64,000 nt of DNA from Flavobacteriales bacterium (lineage in GTDB: Bacteria > Bacteroidota > Bacteroidia > Flavobacteriales_F > PHOS-HE28), in NCBI GenBank assembly GCA_016787995.1, contig JAEUTB010000117.1, forward strand, positions 5,031 to 69,030. Reading direction: 5' to 3'. Shown piece after piece: positions 29,240 to 37,347 of the stretch. Each line of letters begins with the position of its first letter. Position 1 is the first letter of the stretch. The notes beneath the pieces were generated by a model. That model was not told where the DNA came from and did not search any database. It saw only the letters and a program-made list of their open reading frames with translations. A program made the position numbers and the translations under genes.

Positions 29240-30958
29240 TCAGTATCCTGCCGCAGAATCATCGCCACGTGGATCAGAGCCTGCTTCCAGGCGACCGTCG
29301 GGCATGACCAGTATCGCGTCCACTCGTCCAATGGCGGGACGGATCTTGAACGTGTGGCCCATCCGTACCAGTTCCAGACTGTCCTCTGCTCCCAGTGCAT
29401 CGGCCTCCATCCGGATCGTGTCGGGCTTCCATTGATGGTGAAGACGCGGTGCAGAGACGGCTTGTTGGGCGGTCATGCCATGGTCCATCACGTTCATCAG
29501 TGTTTGCATCACCGATGTCGGAATGGTGGCACCACCAGGACTTCCTAGAACCATGTACAAGCGTCCATTACGGGTCACGATGGTAGGTGCCATGGACGAC
29601 AACATGCGCTTTCCGGGCGCTATGGCGTTGGCCTCACTCCCAAGAAGACCAAAACGATTGGGTACGTTGTGGCCAATGCTGAAGTCGTCCATCTCATTGT
29701 TCAACACGAAGCCTGCGCCTCCCACCACCACCCCAGAACCATAGGACCCGTTCAAGGTGGTGGTGCACGATACGGCATTGCCTTCTTCGTCCACGATCGA
29801 GAAGTGCGTGGTGTGTTCTGCTTCCGTCACCGGCTCGCCTGCGCAAACGTCCGAGCTAGGGGTAGCATGCTTCGGATCGAAGGATCCCATGCGCTGTGCT
29901 ATATAGTCGTCCGATAGCAGCCGGTCCGTCGGTACATTGACGAAATCAGGATCGCCGAGGTGTTCCGCCCTGTCCGCGAACGCCCTTCGCTCCGATTCGA
30001 TCATACGATGGACGGTCATTGGGCGTTGCCACCCTGCTTTGGATACATCCAACCCTTCCATCGCCTTCAATGACTGTATGAGTACGATGCCACCACTGGA
30101 CGGGGGACCCATCGAGATGATCTCGAACTCTCGGTATTCCCCCACGACCGGTGGTCTCCATATGGGCTCATAGTTGGCAAGATCCGTTGCATCGACAAGC
30201 CCGCCACCGCGTGCCATTTCCGCGACGATGAGCTCCGCTGTTTCCCCATGGTAGAATCCGTCGGGTCCAATGTCGCGGATGCGTGCGAGGGTGTTGGCAA
30301 GGTCCACCAGTTTTAGGGTATCCCCTTTTTTCCAAGGATCCTTGGTGGTGTAGATGCTAGGTACGGTGCATGAGTTCCGGATCAATGGGAGTTTGGCATT
30401 GAGCTCCTTGGCTTCCAACGTGGTCAGGGGAAACCCCGTTAATGCCAGGTCTATCGCGGGCTGGATCAGCACAGCCATTGGAAGGCGGCCAAGACTATCA
30501 TGTGCGGCGAACAGGCCTGCTACACTGCCCGGCACTCCTACCGCCATATGTCCATGTAAGCTCAGCTTCGGGTCTGTTTCTCCGGCTTTGCCGATGAACA
30601 TGTTAGGGTGTGCAGCGCGTGGTGCCGTCTCTCGGAAGTCGAGTGTATGGATACCACCATCGGCATTGCGGATGACCATGAGACCACCACCACCGATGTT
30701 ACCCGCCCAAGGCGCTACGACAGCCAAGGCCCAGTGCACCGCGACGGCTGCATCAACAGCATTGCCTCCGAGACGAAGTATGTCCACACCCACTTGGGTA
30801 GCCAATGGGTGAGCCGTAACGACCATGGCGCTATCGGTCACCATCCCCTGGCCAACGCGAGGACCTGGATCATGGGTAATACTCCCGGTTCCCCCACTGC
30901 GAGTGGAACAGAAAAGCACGGATGCCGAAACGGCAAAAAGGAAGAGCGTACGGATCAA
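29240..30958 (-). CDS. ggt: gamma-glutamyltransferase
   Basis: Autoprocessing/nucleophile region EAEHTTHFSIVDEEGNAVSCTTTLNGSYGSG, MLSSMAPTIV, and LGSPGGATIPTSVMQ. 572 aa with an N-terminal signal. The annotated start is a TTG; no in-frame ATG would preserve the signal peptide. Confidence 0.93.
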   Translation of the reverse strand: MIRTLFLFAVSASVLFCSTRSGGTGSITHDPGPRVGQGMVTDSAMVVTAHPLATQVGVDILRLGGNAVDAAVAVHWALAVVAPWAGNIGGGGLMVIRNADGGIHTLDFRETAPRAAHPNMFIGKAGETDPKLSLHGHMAVGVPGSVAGLFAAHDSLGRLPMAVLIQPAIDLALTGFPLTTLEAKELNAKLPLIRNSCTVPSIYTTKDPWKKGDTLKLVDLANTLARIRDIGPDGFYHGETAELIVAEMARGGGLVDATDLANYEPIWRPPVVGEYREFEIISMGPPSSGGIVLIQSLKAMEGLDVSKAGWQRPMTVHRMIESERRAFADRAEHLGDPDFVNVPTDRLLSDDYIAQRMGSFDPKHATPSSDVCAGEPVTEAEHTTHFSIVDEEGNAVSCTTTLNGSYGSGVVVGGAGFVLNNEMDDFSIGHNVPNRFGLLGSEANAIAPGKRMLSSMAPTIVTRNGRLYMVLGSPGGATIPTSVMQTLMNVMDHGMTAQQAVSAPRLHHQWKPDTIRMEADALGAEDSLELVRMGHTFKIRPAIGRVDAILVMPDGRLEAGSDPRGDDSAAGY

Positions 30959-30963
30959 GAGAG

Positions 30964-30985
30964 TGAGAGATGAGAGAAGTGAGAG
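30964..30985 (-). promoter_or_regulatory. three tandem CTCTCA(C/T) boxes directly upstream of the ggt start codon
   Basis: Minus-strand reading is CCTCTCACTTCTCTCATCTCTCACTCTC-TTG. On the + strand, TGAGAG occurs at 30964, 30971 and 30980. Confidence 0.5.
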
Positions 30986-31592
30986 GCCGGAAAATTAGTC
31001 GGTATCCTCCACATCTTGAAACACCACCTCCTACTTGATCTTCTTCAGACCATTCGCGCTACACCTCCCGGACCGATACATCCATCTTTCCATGCTCCAT
31101 GAAGTTCCGACAGGACGGAGGTGGAAGTGGGCGGGTATGAGCATGATCAGGGGCCATCCAATTGGTGGTCCTGAAGCATCATTGAAGAACGGTGCTCACC
31201 TTGTTGCTCCAGACATCATGGCTGGTGACATCGTTCGGCGGTCTGGTGAATGGGACCGGCGCTCAGGGGCTAAACGACACTCTGTCAGGGCTCTGATGGA
31301 ACAGCCCACATGGACAAATGCCCAGCGAATTGTAATGCGAAGGAAAAGTGCATACCTTAGGCCAGTCCTCCTCCGGGTCAATGGTCTCTCTGGCGCTCTC
31401 AACGCCCCATGACCCGGAGGCAGGACTTCGGCTTAAACTCTTTGAACGAAACTTCCGAGGTACTCATGCATCGACCAGCCTCTCTCTTGACCGTTCGACG
31501 CTACCTTGCCGGTGAACGCCAAAGAACCGTTTTGTCGAATCCTCCTCTCACCGAGAATTCTGGACAAAACTAGAGGGTTGTAGTAGAGCTAT

Positions 31593-31605
31593 CTTGTAGA
31601 ATATT
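31593..31605 (+). promoter_or_regulatory. CTTGTAGAATATT box 22 nt upstream of the response-regulator ATG (promoter -10-like element or operator)
   Basis: CTTGTAGAATAT matches CTTGTAGGATAT at 35422..35433 in 11 of 12 positions. It is preceded by a related GTTGTAGTAGA at 31578. Confidence 0.45.
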
Positions 31606-31614
31606 CGCCACGCC

Positions 31615-32283
31615 ATGACCGAGCGCAGTGTAGAAGAGGGGGGGCAGGGGGGCTACCGTTTCCTTGTTGCTGACGACCATATGATCGTTCGGCGTGGGCT
31701 CCAGAATCTCATCCACGATCAATTCAAAGCAGCAGCGATCAAGGAGGTCGCCAATAACAAGGAGTTGTTGGTGATGCTTCAGGACTGGGTCCCGGATCTG
31801 CTGATCCTCGACCTGCAAATGACGGACGGAAGTGCTTTGGACCATCTGGAGCGCATCTGCAAGGAACATCCGGAGATGCGCGTTCTGGTCTACAGCATGC
31901 GCTCCGAAGCCGTCTACGCTCAGCGGGTCATGTCCCTCGGAAGTGTGGGTTTCCTGAGCAAGGAGAGTAGTGAGGATGAAGTGGTCCGGGCGATACGCCG
32001 TGTTCTTCAAGGTCTGGATTACATGAGTGCGCGGACCGAATTGCACTTTTTGGAGAAGGATCCAGAGGTGATCCGTGATCCGTTCAGCCAATTATCCGAT
32101 CGAGAGGTGGCCGTAATGGAGGACCTGTTGGAGGGTAAGGGGGTGAAGGAGATCTCCGCTCGACTGAACGTACAGCCTACCACGGTGGCCACCTATAAGG
32201 CCCGACTATTCGATAAATTGGGCGTTTCCAACTTGATCGACCTGCAAGCCTTGGTCATCGCGCACCGACAGTCGCAGGCTTGA
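31615..32283 (+). CDS. NarL/LuxR-family response regulator (REC + HTH_LuxR)
   Basis: REC: FLVADDHMIVRRGL...DLLILDLQMTDGS. HTH: LSDREVAVMEDLLEGKGVKEISARLNVQPTTVATYKARLFDKLGVSN. Confidence 0.92.
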   Translation: MTERSVEEGGQGGYRFLVADDHMIVRRGLQNLIHDQFKAAAIKEVANNKELLVMLQDWVPDLLILDLQMTDGSALDHLERICKEHPEMRVLVYSMRSEAVYAQRVMSLGSVGFLSKESSEDEVVRAIRRVLQGLDYMSARTELHFLEKDPEVIRDPFSQLSDREVAVMEDLLEGKGVKEISARLNVQPTTVATYKARLFDKLGVSNLIDLQALVIAHRQSQA

Positions 32284-32285
32284 AC

Positions 32286-35200
32286 ATGCAGCTTCGGTCT
32301 CTCCTATTCTGTTGCCTTTTCTTTTTTGGTGGGCTCACCATCTCGGCGCAAGAGCTGTGGTCCAGCGAGCAATTCATGTCCGAGAACGGACTGTTGCAGA
32401 ATCGGGTGCATGTGATGGTGAAGGACCGCTGGGGAGCGTTGATCATCGGTACCGAGGGGGGCTTGGTCCGCTTCGACGGGCATCACTTCAAACAATTGGG
32501 CGTCCGATCGGCCGAAGGCATGCGTCCGTCGCGTGTGCTCGATATCCTTCCGGCGAACGATGGATCCTATGTCATCCGCGATGCGGGTTGTCGACAATAC
32601 CTCTTAGCCGATGATGAGGTAAGGTCGATCACAGCCTCCGCGCCGACCAGGCAGTACACCTCCCGATTCGCTGGCGCGATCGGCAGTGCCATGGCGAGTG
32701 TGGTCGCGATGGATCCGGACTCCACCTTCGTCCGCAAATCAACATGGCCCGCTGTGGTACGCGCCGTGCCATTGGGCGATGGTGCATGGTGCCTGCGGAC
32801 CGCCTCGGAGCTCTTGGTGTACAAGGACACGACCTTCATGCATGCTGTGCCTTTGCCCAGTGGCAGGTCGGCGCATCTGTTCTCTTTGGGTGCTCGGATG
32901 TTCACCTTCGATACTGCCGGTAGGGTCTACCGGGTCGAACCTCTTGAAGGAAAGTACTATCCAGTGCGTACGAAGGGGATGCCCGCTGCCGATGTACGGA
33001 ATGGACAGCTGAACTGGAGACTCTTCTGGGATCCTCAAGAACGAACCGCTGCCATCATCGTCGAAGATCATCTCTTTACGCTTACTGCTGAGGACGATGG
33101 TGGAACGATCGTGGCGGAACCTGTCGAACTTACCCTTCCACAAGGCGCAAAGGTCGGCGCCCTGGTCTGGTTGGACGGCCAAGACGCCCTGGCATTGGGT
33201 ACGGATAATAAAGGCCTGTTCATCTACCGAAGGCAGCGCATGCGGAGCCTCTTGTGCGAGGGGCTTTCCGAGGGCGTCAATAATGCATACAATGCCCAAG
33301 CCGCCTACGGCGAAGGATCCGTGTTGACGAGCACCCGCGGAGGTGCCAGGCTCTTCGATGCGACAGGGTGCTCTCCGGTGAATGCGCCGATCAAGGGTTT
33401 CAACGAAGGTGCCATCCTCTTGGATCAGAATGGCCGTTATTGGTACGGTCGCGGTGATACCACCTTCCAGTATGACCTCGTCATGGAGCGGGAGTCGGTG
33501 GTGCGGCCAGGATCACGACCACTCTGCTTCTTCGAGGAGGGGGAAGTGATATGGATGGGCTCGGGCTCCGGCATCCACCGGATCGAGAACGGGAACATCA
33601 CACTGGCGTATCCATTGCCCGAGGGGGACCTTTCCTTCAGGCCGAATGACCTGTGTCGAACGCCCGGGTCGCAATTCTGGATGGCCACGTGTTCCGGAGT
33701 CTACCGGGTTAGCGAAAAAGGGGGGTGGGAGGTGGTCCCAGGGTTGGAGAAGGTGTGCGCGCGAACCTTGGAAGTCGTGGATGGATCCGTGCTGATCGGA
33801 ACTTATGGGAGTGGTGCATACCTCAGTACCAACGGCCACATCGTTCAGTTAAGGCGAGATGAGAAGGGGTTTCTGAGCCATGTGCACGGCTTCATGCCCG
33901 ATGGAACAGGGTTCATCTGGATGAGCACCAACCAAGGCTTGTTCAGGGTGAAGCGCTCCGATCTTTTGGCGTGGTCGAGTGATACGACCCAGCGCATCTA
34001 CTACGCCTACTACGGGAAACGAGCCGGGTTGAGCAATGCGGAGTTCAATGGCGGCTGCTCTCCCCCCTATGTGCGTACTCGTGATGGATGGGCTTCGTTC
34101 CCTACCATGGATGGGCTGGTCTGGTTCAGGCCGGAAGAGATCCCCGACGCGTACCCAGCTCATGAACTTCGGGTGGAGAGCATCCTTGTGAACGGGATCC
34201 TGCATCATGGTGCTCTCGATCTTCCTGCGGATCATCGCGATCTGGTGGTGAGTCTTTCGCTTGCGTATTGGGGTGATCAGGAGAATGTCCAACTTGAATA
34301 TGCGCTCGGGGATGAAGAAAGCGATTGGGTCATGTTGCCACCTGGTCAGCGGGAGCTGCGCCTAAGCTCGCTCTCGCCAGGAGAACACGAACTGCGCGTG
34401 CGCAAGGTGGGTTCCCTGCTCCGTGATGAGGAGCGTACCCTGGCCATCGCCATTCGGATCGAAGCACCTCTGTACCGGAAACCCTGGTTCATCATCGGAG
34501 CCGGCCTGTCCACCATTCTGCTGTTCTTCGGGGCCATCCGGTTGAATGACTCGCGCCTGCGCCGACGGAATGCGGAATTGGAGCGAAAGGTGACCGATCG
34601 TACCCGTGAGCTGGTCGAAGCCAATGCCGACTTGCGCCGTTCTTTGGAAATGAAGGAGATGTTGGTGTCCATCATTTCGCACGACATCGTTACACCGCTC
34701 AGATTCATCGCGCGGGTGGCCACTGGAGTGTCCCGGCGGGTGCCTAAGGAGGCGGAGGATCGGTTGGTGAGCACCTTGACCGATCTGGCGAATTCTTCGG
34801 AGAAACTGCATGCCAATGCGCAAGGCCTCCTGCAATGGATCAAGCGGCAGGATGGCCGGATCGAACTACGGCCCCGCAACATCGTTGTCCATCTTTTGGT
34901 CGAGGAGGTCCTGGAGCGGGAACGGGAGCGCGCTGCGGAGAATGGAGTGACCTTGAAGAACCTTGTTCCGCTGGATGACACCATCCGCACGGATCGCAAT
35001 GTGCTTTCCATCATCCTCCACAACGCCATCGGCAACGCGGTTTCCCATAGCGGAGGCGCAAGTGTTTCAGTCTCCGGCGCACTTGTTGATCGGCGCTATC
35101 GACTGACGATCAAGGATATGGGAGGTGGAATGACGGAGGCTGTCCTGCGCCACGCCAAGCGTGTGCAATCCCAGGGCGCCTTAGGGGCGATGGGCCAGGA

Positions 35201-35348
35201 GGGCGAGCGGGAAGTTCAAGGGTTGGGCCTGCTCATCATCGCGGACCTCACCCAACTGATGGGGGGCGAATTCACCGTGGATAGTGTCCTCGGGGAAGGC
35301 ACCACGGTCTGCATTACCCTGCCTGCCGACAGCGTGGGAAGTTCATGA
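32286..35348 (+). CDS. sensor histidine kinase with periplasmic two-component-regulator propeller and Y_Y_Y domains
   Basis: Signal/TM MQLRSLLFCCLFFFGGLTISAQ and a long beta-propeller-like ectodomain. Y_Y_Y-type module (LEYALGDEESDWVMLPPGQRELRLSSLSPGEHELRVR). TM WFIIGAGLSTILLFFGAI, H-box LVSIISHDIVTPL, N-box ILHNAIGNAVSHS, G-box GLGLLIIADLTQLMGGEF. No receiver or AraC domain. The gene abuts the RR stop. Confidence 0.9.
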   Translation: MQLRSLLFCCLFFFGGLTISAQELWSSEQFMSENGLLQNRVHVMVKDRWGALIIGTEGGLVRFDGHHFKQLGVRSAEGMRPSRVLDILPANDGSYVIRDAGCRQYLLADDEVRSITASAPTRQYTSRFAGAIGSAMASVVAMDPDSTFVRKSTWPAVVRAVPLGDGAWCLRTASELLVYKDTTFMHAVPLPSGRSAHLFSLGARMFTFDTAGRVYRVEPLEGKYYPVRTKGMPAADVRNGQLNWRLFWDPQERTAAIIVEDHLFTLTAEDDGGTIVAEPVELTLPQGAKVGALVWLDGQDALALGTDNKGLFIYRRQRMRSLLCEGLSEGVNNAYNAQAAYGEGSVLTSTRGGARLFDATGCSPVNAPIKGFNEGAILLDQNGRYWYGRGDTTFQYDLVMERESVVRPGSRPLCFFEEGEVIWMGSGSGIHRIENGNITLAYPLPEGDLSFRPNDLCRTPGSQFWMATCSGVYRVSEKGGWEVVPGLEKVCARTLEVVDGSVLIGTYGSGAYLSTNGHIVQLRRDEKGFLSHVHGFMPDGTGFIWMSTNQGLFRVKRSDLLAWSSDTTQRIYYAYYGKRAGLSNAEFNGGCSPPYVRTRDGWASFPTMDGLVWFRPEEIPDAYPAHELRVESILVNGILHHGALDLPADHRDLVVSLSLAYWGDQENVQLEYALGDEESDWVMLPPGQRELRLSSLSPGEHELRVRKVGSLLRDEERTLAIAIRIEAPLYRKPWFIIGAGLSTILLFFGAIRLNDSRLRRRNAELERKVTDRTRELVEANADLRRSLEMKEMLVSIISHDIVTPLRFIARVATGVSRRVPKEAEDRLVSTLTDLANSSEKLHANAQGLLQWIKRQDGRIELRPRNIVVHLLVEEVLERERERAAENGVTLKNLVPLDDTIRTDRNVLSIILHNAIGNAVSHSGGASVSVSGALVDRRYRLTIKDMGGGMTEAVLRHAKRVQSQGALGAMGQEGEREVQGLGLLIIADLTQLMGGEFTVDSVLGEGTTVCITLPADSVGSS

Positions 35349-35384
35349 GGGAGGCAGGCAACGAAAGGCGGTTCGTAGGCGTCT

Positions 35385-35414
35385 AATTCTTGTGGCAAAA
35401 ATTCTACAAGAATT
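35385..35414. promoter_or_regulatory. inverted repeat AATTCTTGT-N12-ACAAGAATT upstream of the cargo operon
   Basis: 9-bp perfect arms at 35385..35393 and 35406..35414, in the 130-nt gap between the kinase stop and the ATG at 35479. The arms contain the CTTGT core of the neighbouring CTTGTAG boxes. Confidence 0.5.
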
Positions 35415-35421
35415 TTGGTCG

Positions 35422-35434
35422 CTTGTAGGATATC
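35422..35434 (+). promoter_or_regulatory. CTTGTAGGATATC box upstream of the 35479 operon
   Basis: Second copy of the CTTGTAGRATAT motif seen at 31593. It is followed by two CTCTCAC boxes (35449, 35467) before the ATG. Confidence 0.45.
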
Positions 35435-35478
35435 GGTAACTTGCGCTCCTCTCACCTCAACGACCGCTCTCACGGTTC

Positions 35479-37347
35479 ATGCTCTCTCTACGACAGTACC
35501 TTACCGTTCTATGCGCTGTTCCGGCGCTTGCCTTGGCTCAAGAGATTTGCACCAATGGTACCGATGACGATGCCGATGGGCTGATCGACCTTAACGATCC
35601 CGAGTGCCCATGCAGCACGGCCATCACACCGGAGAACGTCGAGTCGTACATCAACAACCACTCGTTCGAGGAGCAGGTGCAAGGGCCGAATGGTCCATGT
35701 TGTCCATTCGGTTTCGTAAGTGCCTTCAGCCCGCCTTGGTTGAGTTGTGCCGCAGGTTGGTTCCAAGCCACCTCGGCCACTTCTGACTACTTCCATGAGT
35801 GTGGATACTCACCGCCCGGATTTCCGCTTCCTCCTCCCGATGGTCTGGGAGCACTAGGGTTCTATGCCTTCCAGGGTTACATGGAGTATGTCGGAACATG
35901 CCTCACCATCGCCTCTCCACCCCAACCGCTGCTCGCCGGGACCAGCTACACCATTTCCATGTGGGTGTCGGCTGTTGCGGCCAATGGTGACCATACCCAG
36001 TCGATCACCGAAGCGGATCCTTCCGTCTTCCCGGACCTGTTACCCTTGGCGATCTTCGGCTACGCCAATGCCTGTGTGCCTTTTCCGATCGGTACCGAGG
36101 CGTGCATCGGTCTACAGCCAGGCTGGCAGGAACTAGGACGCGTGGAGTACCAGCCGACAGGGGAGTGGACAAGGGTCTCCATCACCTTCACGCCAACGGA
36201 AGAGATCCACAGTGTGATCATTGGAGGTGCTTGCGATCTGCCCGCCTCCTTCGCTCCGCAGATCATATCCGATGATTTCGGAGATGAGTTGGAGGTGATG
36301 CCCTATTTCTTGATCGATGAGTTATTACTGACCATCGCTCAAGACCAGGTGCTGAGTCCCGTGAGCACATCGGGGTCTATTTGTGCGGAGGACGCCCTAG
36401 CGGTGGGAATTCCACCGGATGGTGCTACGGATCTTCAGTGGTACCACAACGGGGTGGCGATCCCTGGTCAGACCTCGGCCACCCTTGATGTTTCCGCGGT
36501 CGGAACGGGTGGGGGACTCTACACCCTGGCCAGTACCTACCAGGGACAATGCTTGATGGGGGCCGCGGCAGTGATACAGCCCGAGGAACCAGTGCCATCC
36601 TTGACGATCGGGCCGGTGAACGGCTGCGCACCGCTGATGGTGCTTTTTGATGATGTCACGGCCAACAGCGTCACCTCCCAATGGACCTTCGGCGATGGGG
36701 GGAGCGGCGAGGACCCGATGGAGTTACACACCTATGCTACGCCAGGGACCTACGATGTCACCCTCACAGTGACCGATGCGGCGGGTTGCTCCGGCGACAC
36801 GCTCATTGAGAACGCTGTGGTCGTAGCCGGTGCACCGGCCGCGCTCCTTGGGGCGACCCCCAACCCTACTGACGTGGAGAACACGCAGGTGAACCTGACC
36901 GCCGCTGGTTCACAGGGCGATATCGTCAGCTGGTGGTGGGATCTGGGCGATGTGCCCCCCGGCACATCCACGGAGCCGGCCTTGATCATCGACCTGCCGG
37001 CCGTTGCTGGAGAATATCCTATCGTTCTTGCGGTGCAGACCGCTGCAGGTTGTGTGGATACGGTGCGTTCGATCCTCATCGTAACCGAACCTGGGGTCAT
37101 CGAACTGCCCAATGTGTTCAGCCCGAACGGCGATGGCCGGAACGACCGGTTCCTTCCGTTGGACTATACCGGTGAGTCCGGGCTCATGGAGATCTACAAT
37201 CGCTGGGGACAGTTGGTCTTCACCACAAAGACCCTGGCGCAGGGATGGAGCGGTAACGATTCTCCGGATGGAACCTATTACTATGTGGTGATCCCCGATG
37301 ATACCACCTTATCGACACTGAAGGGCCATGTAACCCTGTTGAGATGA
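35479..37347 (+). CDS. T9SS type-B cargo with an N-terminal Asp-rich Cys-bounded motif, a novel central domain and PKD-like domains
   Basis: Signal MLSLRQYLTVLCAVPALALAQ, then CTNGTDDDADGLIDLNDPECPC. PKD-like WTFGDGGSGEDPMELHTYATPGTYDVTLTVTDAAGC. Type-B end LPNVFSPNGDGRNDRFLP...MEIYNRWGQLVF...GTYYYVV...GHVTLLR. Confidence 0.88.
   Translation: MLSLRQYLTVLCAVPALALAQEICTNGTDDDADGLIDLNDPECPCSTAITPENVESYINNHSFEEQVQGPNGPCCPFGFVSAFSPPWLSCAAGWFQATSATSDYFHECGYSPPGFPLPPPDGLGALGFYAFQGYMEYVGTCLTIASPPQPLLAGTSYTISMWVSAVAANGDHTQSITEADPSVFPDLLPLAIFGYANACVPFPIGTEACIGLQPGWQELGRVEYQPTGEWTRVSITFTPTEEIHSVIIGGACDLPASFAPQIISDDFGDELEVMPYFLIDELLLTIAQDQVLSPVSTSGSICAEDALAVGIPPDGATDLQWYHNGVAIPGQTSATLDVSAVGTGGGLYTLASTYQGQCLMGAAAVIQPEEPVPSLTIGPVNGCAPLMVLFDDVTANSVTSQWTFGDGGSGEDPMELHTYATPGTYDVTLTVTDAAGCSGDTLIENAVVVAGAPAALLGATPNPTDVENTQVNLTAAGSQGDIVSWWWDLGDVPPGTSTEPALIIDLPAVAGEYPIVLAVQTAAGCVDTVRSILIVTEPGVIELPNVFSPNGDGRNDRFLPLDYTGESGLMEIYNRWGQLVFTTKTLAQGWSGNDSPDGTYYYVVIPDDTTLSTLKGHVTLLR

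Noticed and set aside
31035-31412. 125-aa + strand ORF (and a 68-aa minus ORF) inside the 656-nt ggt / response-regulator divergent spacer
   Set aside because: There is no signal, no motif, an Arg/Gly/Met-rich odd composition and no plausible start context. It is more likely regulatory DNA, although an sRNA cannot be excluded.
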